A DNA stretch of 63,966 nt, counting the filler, from Rhizaria sp. SCN 62-66 (Eukaryota): the NCBI GenBank assembly GCA_001724265.1. It is 4 parts of 4 records of this genome, joined end to end, with 100 filler letters (N's around TTAATTAATTAA, not from the genome) between each part and the next. Parts side by side here need not be neighbours in the genome. Positions count along the whole stretch, not along the records: positions 1 to 18,944 come from MEDY01000471.1; positions 19,045 to 37,919 come from MEDY01000472.1; 2 more parts are not named here. One strand, 5' to 3'. The first letter of the stretch is position 1, and each line of letters opens with the position of its first letter. A program made the position numbers and the translations under genes. This document shows, in pieces, positions 13,001 through 24,108 of this stretch. The notes beneath the pieces are model-generated. The model saw nothing but the letters and a program-made list of their open reading frames with translations, did no database searches and had not been told where the DNA came from.

Positions 13001-16000
13001 ACGCACGCGTCCGCGCACTCGCCGCTCCCCAGCGCAGCGAGTGCCGACGCCGATGCAAACAAGGCTAATACAGCCGCGAACGCGAACAACGCTGCTGCTG
13101 ACCGCAGTGATGTTGCTGCGCCGACCCAGCAGACGCCGACTCAGACGCCCCATGTGAACCCGTTGCTGTCGCAGGGCGGCGGCGTGCCCGGGCGCAGCGG
13201 CACCGTTGAGCTGCCCCCGCGCGCCGCCGCCGTCGTCTCGCCCTACGCGGCCTCGGCTTTCCGCGCTTCCATCCTCGCGATGTCGAGCTCCAGTCATCAC
13301 AACGCGAGCTCGTCCGGCTTTTCACCGACGCTGTCGCAGGGGCCGTCGATGCACCCCGGCGCTTCTAGCCCCGACAATAACGCTCTTACCCACGGTCCTG
13401 GCTCAGCATCCCCGAGCGCCAGCTCGAGTTTCTCCGGCGGCCTTGTGTTGACCGGCGTGGCGTCGACGTACGCCGAAGTAAGTTCCCCCTCGGACGCGCT
13501 GTCACCGTCCGTGGCGACCGTGAGCGAGCGTATGCGGATGCGTGAACGCGCGCGCGCCGCCGCCGCTGCCGCTCTGAGCCTCGACTTGGTCGAGCTCGAC
13601 GATCCGTACGCCAAGTCTGTCGCCATTGGCGGCGGCTGGGGGCAGGTGTCGCTGATTCGTCTGCCCGCTCTGCGCGCGCGCCCCGTCGCTCAGCCAGAGT
13701 TCGCCACTGGCGACGCCGAGTCTGACCGCGCGACGAAGCACACGGGCACCAACACGGACCCCGACTCGAGCGCCGCGGCTGCGGGCAATGACAACCACGA
13801 CAGCAACAAGTCTTCCGCCGCGGCCGCTGAAGCTGACGACGCGGGCCGTATCGAGATCGACACGAGTAAGGCCAACGGTAGCGAGAACGCTGCCGCCGCT
13901 GCTGCGGTCAACCCCGAGGACGAGCAGGGCTGGCTGTCCTGGTCGCTCTGGCTGGTTCCCTCCCTGGCCGCCACCGCGACTACCGCGGTTGCCAGCACCG
14001 TCGCCGCCACCGTTAACGCCACGTGGTCCACGGTCTCGTCCGCGGCCGGCGTGCTAATGTGCGCGCCCCTCAGCGTCTTCGGCTCCGCGGCCACGCAGGA
14101 CGACCTTTACGCGATGGCCAGCCGCAACGGCAACGGCGACGATGACGATGACGACGATGAGGACGCCAAGGCCGACGCCGCCGCCGCGGCCGCCGAGCGC
14201 GAGCGCGAGCGCGACGAGTCCGGCATGAGCCGGCGCCGTGGCACCGGCTCGGGCGGCTTGACTTCCGCGAAGCGCGACCCCTTAGTCTACCGCGGCACTT
14301 ACATGATCGCGCCCGCGCGCCACCACCGCATCCTGGTCGGGTTGGCGACTCCCGTCACGATCACGATCGAGGCCGAGCCCGTCACCAAGGACCTCGGTAA
14401 CGGCGCGAACAGCGGCGCCAGCACGACCGTAACCAGTCCTGTCTCCGGTGGAAGCAACAACGGGAGCAGTGCGACGACGACGCTGAGCCGTGTCGGATCC
14501 GGCGGCAGCTCCGGCGCTCACTCGAGCTCAAGCGGCAGCGCCAGCGGAGGCGCACACAGCGACATCGGCGCCCCCGAAGGCGCGTACTCGCTCACTCTGC
14601 CCGCCGGCCAGGCGCTGCTGCTGCCGCCGTTCCGCATCTGCGTCGTGTCGCCGCTGGACACGTCCGTCGCCGCGGCGATGCTGCTGCTCACCGCCACCAG
14701 CACGGCCACCGCGGCCCCCGAGCCGCTCTGTTCCTTCGCTTCGGCGTTCCCGCCCGCTGTCGCCGCCGCGTTCGACCCCGCCACCGCAGCCTCCGCCGCC
14801 ACGGCCACCACGGCGACCGCGATCGCCGCCGCCGCCGCGCCGTCCCCGTCGGCCGCGGTGCTCTACCCCGCGCAGGCCCCGCTGCCCGCGCTGCTCCAGG
14901 CCGCCGCGCGCGCGCTGCCGGCGCCGCCCGCGTCCGCGCTCGCGATTCTCGCGCGCCCCGCCGCCGCCGCCGCCGTGTTGGCCCGGCTCGGCGCCGAGAG
15001 CGTCACCCGCAACAGGCTGTACGCGAGCGGTGAGCTGCTCTTCCCGCCCGCGTCGCTGGCGCCGGTGTCTCTCGACGCGGCGTCGGCGGCCGGGCTGAGG
15101 ACGCTGGTCTGCGCGGCGGCGGGCAACGGCCACGGCAACGGCTCGGGCTCGGGCTCCGGCACTGGGTCGGCGGCGTCTATCAGCCACAACACCAGCAGCA
15201 ACAACACGCCGGGCGGGTCGCCGCGCGCGAGCCTGACCACGATCAACCCCTTCAACTCCAACAACAACAGCGACAGTGCAAACAACGGCAACTGCAGTGC
15301 GATGAGTAACTGCATCGCGACCTCAGGATCCAGCTCCGTCGTCGTGAGCGCTACCTCTGCCATGTCCGCCGCCTCTTCTTCCTTGGCTTTACACGGCGCG
15401 CGCACCTTTGCTCTCTCGCAGCACGCGAGCACGGTGGGCCGCCTCCACGCCGCGCTCACGGCCTCGGCCCCCGCGACGCGGCTTAACTTCGCCGACGACG
15501 TCGTCGCCGCGCTGGGCGAGGACTACTGGCCCGACGCCGCGCCGCACGCGCTCTGGTGCGGTCAGGGGTCGCGGTATGTCGCGTCGCACGGACTCGCCGC
15601 GACTTTACTCGCACCGACAGCGTCCTCGTCTTCCGCCGCCGCCGCAGCCGCCGCCGCTGCCGCCACGGCCGCCGCCGTGCGCATCCGCCGTGCCGGCGGC
15701 GCCAGCGCTAGTGACGCGCCGACCGCCGCGGCCGCGGCCGCCGCCGCCGCTGCCGCCGCGGGCGACGCCGTACGCAACAGCCGCGCTGACCCGGCGCTGG
15801 TGACGGTAGCCGAGGCGCTGCCGCTGCAACAGGGCACGACGCAGTACTGCACTGCGGGCTCGGCGCGGTGCTTCCCGGCCATCTCCGCCGCGGCGGCTGC
15901 GGCGGCCGCGGCGGCGTCTGCGGGCGGCAGCGCGAGCGGCGCCGAGCCCAGCGCGGGCGTGGCCGCCGGCACGGACTCGGCCTGGCCGGGGCTCGGCCGG

Positions 16001-18394
16001 CACTGGCGCGCGCTGACCTCGATCGCGCTGGCGCGGTCGTTCTCGCTCTTCGGACAGCGGTACCTCGCAGGCGTCGCGGAGTCGCTGGCGCAGCTGCACG
16101 CCACGGTCGAGTCCGCCGACGCCGCCGCCGCCGCCGCCGCCACGGCTGCCGCCAGTAGCAACAATAACAACAACCAGGCTGAAGACGGCGAGTACGGTGC
16201 GAGTCACGGTGACGCCGAGCAGACCGCCGCCGCGGCCGCTGCCGCGCTGCGCGAGCTCACCGCCCAGCTCAAGGACACAAAGTCACGCTGGGGCGAGGCC
16301 TTCACCTCTGCGCGCGCCGCCGTGTCGCTCTACACCACGGCTGCGGACACGATCATCTCCGCGCCGTTCATCGCGCGCGTTGCCGTGCGCTGCATCGGTG
16401 CGCCCGCAGCGGCCCCGGCGCCGCCGCCGAGCGGGTTCGTCATGAGCACGAACCCCAACAGCGCGGCCGCGGCGGCGGCGGCGGTGCCCGCGGCTCCCGT
16501 CGGTCTCGGCCCTGGCGTGGCCGCCAACGCGACTCTCGTGTACGTTTGCTGAACGATACATCTCAATGAGAACAACACTATTTTTATTGAAAAACGATAT
16601 TTTAGATCCTTTTTATCATTCAAATCTCATCTTTATATCTCAATGTTCATCACTTCTGCTTTTCTTTCAATGAACTTGCACAGCGGCCAATGGGATCTCG
16701 CGGCGGCCCTCGCCGGCACCGGCACGACTCCTTCCAGCAACAGTGGCTCCGGCGCCGCGGGCTCCAGCGCCAGCGCCTCCACGGGCAACACGGGCGGCTA
16801 CCTCTGGTCCTGGCTGCCCCCGCCCGCGGCCCCGGCCCCCGGGTCCAAGAACGCCGACCGCGCGGTGCTTTCCGCGCGCGCCGCGTCGTTCGCGCGTCGC
16901 CGGGCCGCCGGCCTCGCCGCGCTGCGCTCCGCCACGGCCACGCTCACGCAGCCCATCGCCGCCGGCGGTGCGGGCACCGGGTCCGCTTCGGGCAACGGAG
17001 GCGGGAGCGCTGTGAGCGCCGCGCTCGAGACCCAGCTGTTCCTGACGTCCTCCGCACGCCTGCTCGGCACGGCGGGCGTTGACCCGTCGGCCGCACTCGC
17101 GCTGCCGGCGCAGATCGCGCGCTCGGGCTTCGCGGGCGAGTACTCGCTGCTGTGCGCGCCTCTCGCCCTCACGCTACCCGCGCGCGTCAGCGAGGAGACT
17201 GCGGCGGCCGTAATGCGGCAGCAGGCGCTGGCACAGGCGCGCGCGGCGCTGAGCATGAATACGCCCACGTCGTTCACGGCTACGGCCGCGACGACGACGG
17301 CGACGGGCCCCAGCGCGCGCGGCCCCACCACGGCGACCGCGGTGACGTCGAGTGGCACCACGGCCGCGTCCCCGCTGCTGCTGGCCGGCGAGGGCGACGC
17401 CGCAGCCGTGGCCGCCGCCGCCGTTGCCGCCGCGGCCACGCTGCCGTCGGCGCACTCGCTGACGCTGGCGTCGATGCAGCCGTCGTCGTGGCCCGCCGCG
17501 GCTGCGCTTGTGCAGCTCGATCGCGGGCTCGCGGCTGCCGCGGCGGCGGCAGAGACGACCTCCGCCGCCAATGCCGCCGCCGCGATGCTCAACGACAACG
17601 GTCACGACGACTACGGCAGCAACGCGATGGCGGCCAGCGCGACGACGCCGGCGAACGCGCAGATTGCCGCCGCGGCCGCGGCCGCCGCTGCCGCTGCCGC
17701 CGCGGCGGCCGTGCTGCCGACCGAGTGCGTCGTGATCCCCGCGCTTGTCGCCGCCACGGCCCTTGTCTTCAGCGCGAAGGTCGCGATCGCGCTCGGCACC
17801 GCGGCCCGCCGCCTTGCCGTCGCGCTCGACGCAGCGCACCTGACCGAGTTCAAGCTCAAGGAGCGCGCCATCAAGACCGCCGCCGCCGCCGACAACAGCG
17901 CAGGCGCTGCCGCAATCGAGGCGGATACGGAGGCCGCGCGCGCCGTGCGCATCCGCGCCTTCACGGAGTCGCGCCAGATGCGCACGCTCACGCTTGCGCA
18001 GGTCACACACGGCTACTGCACGCGCGCCGCCGCCGCCGCCGCCGTGGCGAGCTCTATCGCGCGCGCTTGGCGCGCCCGCATCAGCGTCACCGTCGCCCCC
18101 GCGCTCGCCACTAGCAACGGCGGCACCGGCGTGGACGCGGTGCCAGTGGCCACGGGCAAGGGTAAGAAGGCTGCCGCCGCGGCCGCTGCTGCCGCAGCTG
18201 CTGCAGCCGCCGCAGCTGCTGCCGCCGCTGCTGCCGCGGCCGCTGCGGCTGCGTCCAGTGAGGGCGGCTGGGCGTACGGCGACAGGCTCAGTGCAGTGCT
18301 GATTGATGAGTGCGAGCAGGCGAAGGAAAACGCATTGGGGTTGTTTGCCGCCGTCAATGCCACGCTTGACGGTGCTATTTGCACGCAATACTGA
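10046..18394 (+). CDS. Very large (~2,700 aa) Ala/Ser-rich protein of unknown function; exons 10046-16539 and 16684-18394
   Basis: A 2168-aa ORF is joined in frame to a 583-aa ORF by a GTACGT...CAG intron (16540-16683). The gene ends in TGA. No domain recognised. Confidence 0.65.
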
Positions 18395-18774
18395 ACCTCC
18401 CTGCCATGATTCACTCGCATGACTTTCGAGTGAGGTTTGCAGTTCTTTGAAGTAATATGATCGCATATGTTTATGATCGCATTTGTTTTGTTTGTACTTC
18501 ATGGTCGATTGCGGTGCTTTCAATCACAATTGCGTATTGCTGTAGTGTGTAACAGACGCCATCATTGTTCTATTCGTTGTTTCTATGTTTAAATTCGTTA
18601 CAAAATGGTTGGTTTTGTGCAAGATGGTTAGTAAAGCCTCCGTTGTAATTGGGGGAATTTGTTTGATAAACATAACTTTTTTAAAGGCTCTATTGATTTT
18701 ATCTTGGTGGCGCGAAGATTATAGTTCCAACCACAAACGCCTTTGATGAAGCTCTTTTGCTTTGCCCTTGAGTT

Positions 18775-18944
18775 TTACTCAGGGGCATCTGAGGGAGTAT
18801 CCTTGCCATTGCTCGCGATCGTCTCGTCACTAGGCTCGGCGTTGCTGTTCTCCTGTGCATTGTTGTCGCGGCCCGCGTCGGCGTCACTGCTCTCCTGCGC
18901 TGGCTGTGATGCAGAGCCGCCCTCTCCACATCCCTGTAGAAGCT
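18775..18944 (-). CDS. Probable 3' end of a gene truncated by the contig end
   Basis: Open, coding-like frame ...SQPAQESSDADAGRDNNAQENSNAEPSDETIASNGKDTPSDAPE-TAA, followed by AT-rich sequence. Confidence 0.4.
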
Positions 18945-19044
18945 NNNNNNNNNNNNNNNNNNNNNNNNNNNNNNNNNNNNNNNNNNNNTTAATTAATTAA
19001 NNNNNNNNNNNNNNNNNNNNNNNNNNNNNNNNNNNNNNNNNNNN
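18945..19044. other. Artificial contig-join spacer
   Basis: N44 + TTAATTAATTAA (stops in all frames) + N44. Confidence 0.97.
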
Positions 19045-19478
19045 GGGGTTGAAGATCGAGTACTGGGTCATGGCCGCGGTGATCGAGGGCTCGGTGATGT
19101 CGAGCGCGGAGGTGTCCTTGACGGTCATGCCGACGTCGGGGTTGATGATGCGCGAGTTCTTGATCAGGTCGCGCAGCTCGTCCTGGGACATACTGCCATC
19201 GACAGTGACCTCTGTTTAGATTAAACCCAACACATCGAGCGCACATGGAAGAGACGAAAGAAATCGAAAAAGATCGTGGTAGAAAAAAGATGAGAGATAT
19301 GCGTGCAGAGTGTTGTAGGAGCTAGAAATGACGAGGGAGGGCAGGCAAAAGGAAAAAGTAACAGGGACGTACTGGTCGCGGCGGGGGCAGAGGAGAAGAA
19401 GCGGGGAGCAGTCTTGGAGACAGCGCCGACGAGGCGGGAAGGCACCAGGGCGCGAACAGCACTGACACGGGCCAGCAT
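19045..19478 (-). CDS. 5' part of a probable mitochondrion-targeted protein, truncated by the contig end; exons 19478-19373 and 19211-19045
   Basis: Arg/Ser/Ala-rich, acid-free presequence MLARVSAVRALVPSRLVGAVSKTAPRFFSS. GTACGT...CAG intron at 19372-19212. Exon 2 codon usage is strongly C/G-ending. Confidence 0.65.
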
Positions 19479-20227
19479 GAAAATCTGCTACGCAAAAATC
19501 AAAAGAAAACAAAGCGTGGTGCAACGGTGGCGAGGTGAGCAGGGTGGTGCAAGAATGGGGCAGCGCGAACAGGCGTGCCGGCGTGGGTAAGCCTCGCTCG
19601 AACAATAAGTAAAGAACGTGTCATCCAGCGTCGCGCATCAAGATAATAATACACCAGGCAACAATCGCCATGGTCATATGGCCTGGTAAAACCACAACGC
19701 GAACGATGAAGGTTTGTGTCCTCAAAAGGCGTGTTGAGGACGCCACACTGACAGAGCTCTTCGCTTGGTTTGCTTCAATTTTGTTAAGTGACCGTGGGCG
19801 ATGCATCGGACCGAAAAATCCTGACACCAACCACGGCCTCATGTTTGAAATCCAAGGGTACACACGTACATATATCTTGATGTTAAATATCAATTTTGTT
19901 TTATTGCATTACGTGTGTTTTTGTACTGTCCACCTTTGTCATACCCCTTCATTCTTTGTTTTTACTCATTAATTTCCTTCCAAAGTGCGCTAGACCATGA
20001 TCTTCACCCTCCAATCTCCCCACCTCGAACATGCGCGAAGTTATAACTGATTGTGTATTGGGCGTTCAGTAACGCAAGAAGAATACGTTCCTCCAAACAT
20101 TTGCCTATCCATCCAGGCCACCCTGTCCCTCAAGCCCACACGAAAACAAGCTTCACATATATCAACTTCTCGAGACAATTGTTGTCATGTCACATCTGAA
20201 ATGTCAGCGGAAATACTTGCATTTTTC

Positions 20228-22390
20228 TCAGCGGAGATACCCGCCCATGGGCAGCCCCATGCCGGCCATCTGCCCTGCAAGTGGCGGCATCGGCGCCACG
20301 GGCTGGTCCATCGCGGCCGGCGGCAGCGGCGCGCCGGTCATCCCGTCGGGGCCGATCGCCTCGGTCGGCATGAAGGGCGTGTCGCCGGGGTATTGCACCT
20401 AAAAGCATAAGAAAAGCAAAAGAAAATAAGGAAATAATACACCGTGTGAACATGTTGTGTTATACTACGATATACCAACAATGATGAGTGTTATATCAAC
20501 GTTTCATCGCTTTACACCGCTGCGATTCAACACATCATGGTCGATTGTAGTTAATAGTGAAACGTACCTCTTGCAGAGTGGCATCGGTGCGGACGCCGCT
20601 CCAGATGGCCGCGGCGGCCCCGGCGGGACTGCCCGCGGAGGACAGCAGCGCCGCCAGTGACGGGTTCAACGGGTCACGCGCCATTCCGGCCGCGGGGGCC
20701 CCAGGGCGACCGGCCCACTGGCCCATTCCCCCATACTGAGGCTGCATCTGCTGCGCGCCACCCGGGTAGTAGCTGGCGAGGGAGCCGGAGTAGGGCTGCG
20801 AGGCCGGGGAGCCGAGCGTGCCGGGCATGCCGGCAGGCGGGAGGACGGCGCCCGACAAGGCCGCGACAGCTACGCAGAGATGACAACACAAACGAGCAAG
20901 CATATTAGATGTGAGTGTTGTTGTTCTTCTTGAAAATACACAATGACAGTGATATTACAGCAAACTATATTATTATATATCAGTTGTCTGTTTCGATGAC
21001 AACAGCAAATAATTTTCGTTCGTTATTTGTTTTCGTAGCGAGTAAATAAGCTTAAAGCGTAACGTACCGTTGTCGCCGAGGCCGAGGCCGACGTAGTAAC
21101 CAGCATCCCCGCGCGCCGGCCCCACCACGCCGCGGTTCGCCGCAAACGGAGCGCCTGCGCCGGACAAGGCGCCCGGGTACGCGTTCATATTGGGCGCGTA
21201 GCCGTAAGGCGAGTTGCCCTGGCCGGCCGTGTAAGGGCCTTCGTCGCTGTAAGTACCCGCCGCGGTCCGCGTAGTCGCGCCCTGCTGCAAGAACGAGTGC
21301 CCCTGTGCAGGTGACTGTGAGACGGGGGAGCGGCCGGGGAAACCGAGACCGCCGATGTGGGCGGCAGTGGCGGCCACCGAGGCGGGCTGCTCGGCCGGGC
21401 CCAGCCACTGCATCGGAGTACCCTGTAAATGGCATCATAAAAGCGAAGAGAGAAACACAACATACAAATAATGAGAATATGATATTGAAAAAAGGTGTAA
21501 TGTTGAATATCTTGCAAAGCTCATATCATCTCAATGAACAACAATGAATATATGATATGCGGCAGGCGGCTTGACTGTAAAAGTGTCGCGTACCTGTGCA
21601 GCGATGGTATCCGCGGGCGCGGGCACGTCAACGGGCGCGAGCGGCACCGGCGGCACTGACGGGAAGATCGGCACCGTGATCGGCGACCGGTCCGGCACGT
21701 TCAACTGCACCGTGAACCCGTTGGGCCCGACATTGGCGAGCGCGCCGGGCGACAACACGGCGTCCTCGTCCTCCGGCACGGTGTCCTCGCCCCGCGCGGC
21801 GGCGTCGGCCTCGAGCAGCGTGTCGCGCGGGAGCCCGCCGCCGAGCGGGCCCGTCGCGCGGTCCTCGAGCGAGCCGCGGCGGACGCTGATATCGTAGCCG
21901 TGCGAGCCGTCGAAGGTGGCGAAACGCGTGCCGGCGTTTTCGTGCACGCCGTAGCTCTCGGCGCGCTGGAGCGTGGGCGAGGCGTAGGGCCAGCCGGGGG
22001 AGGGCATGCCGCCGACGGGGGCCAGGACGCCGGGCGCCACCGAGTCCGAGTCGGAGGAGCGAGAGCCCGCGCTCGCACTGTGCGCACTGCGAGAAGACGC
22101 GTGTGCGTTCGCAGAGGCCTCGATGAACGAGGCGGAATTGCGGTACTGGGGGGGATGAGAGATATCAGCAGCGGCAGCAGCATGAGCAGCAGCAGCGTGA
22201 GTGTTCGCGTTGGTAGTGGCGGCAGCGGCTGAAGCACTCTACATCCGGAAATTGTTGTTATTGTTATGGGGGTTCATCGCAGCGTGGTTGTGGTGGGCGT
22301 TGGCACTGGGAAGCAGACCATACCCACTCTGGAACGCACTCGCACTCGCAGCAGCCTTGCTAGCCATCTTAGCCTGAGCCTCAGCCTTCA

Positions 22391-22423
<33 letters not shown>

Positions 22424-23825
22424 TAGTCTTGGCAGTGGCAGAGGTTTCGATGAGTGAAAAGGCTTCATCAGCGGCGTCCAACGCGTCCCCGGCCGAGTTG
22501 GACGCGTCATGCTTGATCCAAGCCGTGAAGAACTCCTCCTCGCTCGCCAGGGACAAATCATCGCTCTCCGCATCAACCTCAGCCTTCGCAGCCGCGTCAG
22601 CCTTGGCGTTCGTGGTGGAGCTCGCGGAGGTTTGGAGGAAAGACGAGGCGGTGGTGGCGCGGGCGCGGGCGCGGGCGCGCTCGGCGTCGGCAGCGCGGGC
22701 GGCGGACTCGGCGGCGGCCAGCTCGCGCGCAAACGCGTCGTGGTCACTCTCAGCCTCAGCCCCAGCCTCAGTCTCGGCAGAGCTCTTGATGGTGGTGGTT
22801 GCGCTGGCAGAGGTCTCGATCAGCGACGGGAAGGCGGACTGGAAGCGGAACGCGCTGTTGTTGTTGGAGGCAGCAGCGGCGGGGATCGCGGGGGCGGCGG
22901 CGGGGGCGGAGGCCGTGGACGGGAGACGGCGGGCGCGGTTGAAGATGTTGCGGCTGAGAGTGAGGGTCTGGGGCAGGCCGGCAGCGTCGGTGAATGAGCG
23001 CACAGTCACACCCGAGTCTACAGCAGAGCTCGCACGAGCGCCGGTCTTCGCACTAGCGCTAACCTTGGTCGCAGTCTCGGCAAGCGAGGGCGCCGCAGAT
23101 GCAGCAGGGGCAGAGTTGGCGCGAGCGGGAGCGTTGGCGTGAGAGTTAGAGTTGGAGTGGGGGGACTGGGGGGAGCGGGCCCGAGCCTCGGCGCGGATGC
23201 GGGCCATCTCTTGCTGGAACTCCTCCTCTGCGGCTGCTTCGAGCTGGGCCTTGGAGCGCGCCAGCACGCTCTGTTTAATCTGCTGGAAGCGCATCGAGAA
23301 CGGGGTCGACGGCGCAGCGGTGGCAGCAGCAGCAGTGGCAGTGGCAGTAGAGCTGGTCTTGGTGGCAGCAGCAGTGGAGGCGAAGGAACCGCTGCTGAGG
23401 TCCAGGAATGACGCGGGGAGAGATGCCGCGGCAGCAGTAATAGTCTCACCTACGGGGCAGTAAGGGCAAATAATAATGGATGCCAAAGGTTTCGATGTGA
23501 GGTCGCAAAGTGAGGGGAAGAAGGAGCAAAGGGGTGGACGTGGATGACAAGGAAAAGGAGGATTGTGAGAGGGAAGGTGCAAGGACGCGAACGTCAAAAG
23601 TAGAAACGAAGTGCATGGGACAATGGACAATTGACAAAACAAAAAGATTGTAAAATGGCATATCGAGAAAAAAACATTGAGGATCCTTGAAGGAGGGAAT
23701 AAGGACGTACCAGTTGCCAGGTGAGTGACCTCACTGTTGAGGAAGGGGTTTGCAAGCACATCGTCTGCGCAAGCAACCCCTGCCAAAGCAACAACAAGAA
23801 GCCAGACAAACGTCCGACGAGTCAT
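20228..23825 (-). CDS. Secreted low-complexity protein with repeated S-F/L-x-E/Q motifs; 5 exons (23825-23711, 23449-21594, 21422-21068, 20869-20568, 20398-20228); in-frame TAG at 22239-22241
   Basis: Signal peptide MTRRTFVWLLVVALAGVACA. Four GTACG...AG introns with consistent phases. The frame continues through the TAG into ORF 21531-22040 and ends in TGA. Confidence 0.7.
22373..22422 (-). repeat. Coding hexamer repeat (TGAGCC)n on +, encoding (AQ)n
   Basis: A tandem tgagcc run is directly visible. Confidence 0.8.
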
Positions 23826-24108
23826 TACTACACTTAGTAAAGCTAACAAAAGCGATACCCTTTCGGCAAAGAAATCGCCTCCTTTGTCAACCCCCAGATC
23901 ACTCGGTCGCTTGCTTCGGTCTGGCTCCTTGGCTCACAGTCACCTGGCCTCGCTCACAGTCACTCGTTGACCAGTCTCATGGAGTCACCTGCCTGGACCT
24001 AGCTCGAGCTCGCTCAATGATCCGTCAGGGAACTTAAGTGTATCATAGCTCGTGCTTTTGCTCACTTTTCTTGTTGAATTTGTTTTTATAACTCCTGCAG
24101 ACCTGTGT

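Noticed and set aside
18989-19000. TTAATTAATTAA as a biological motif (PacI site or piggyBac TTAA target)
   Set aside because: It is identical and centred within N runs at all three gaps, so it is an artificial linker.
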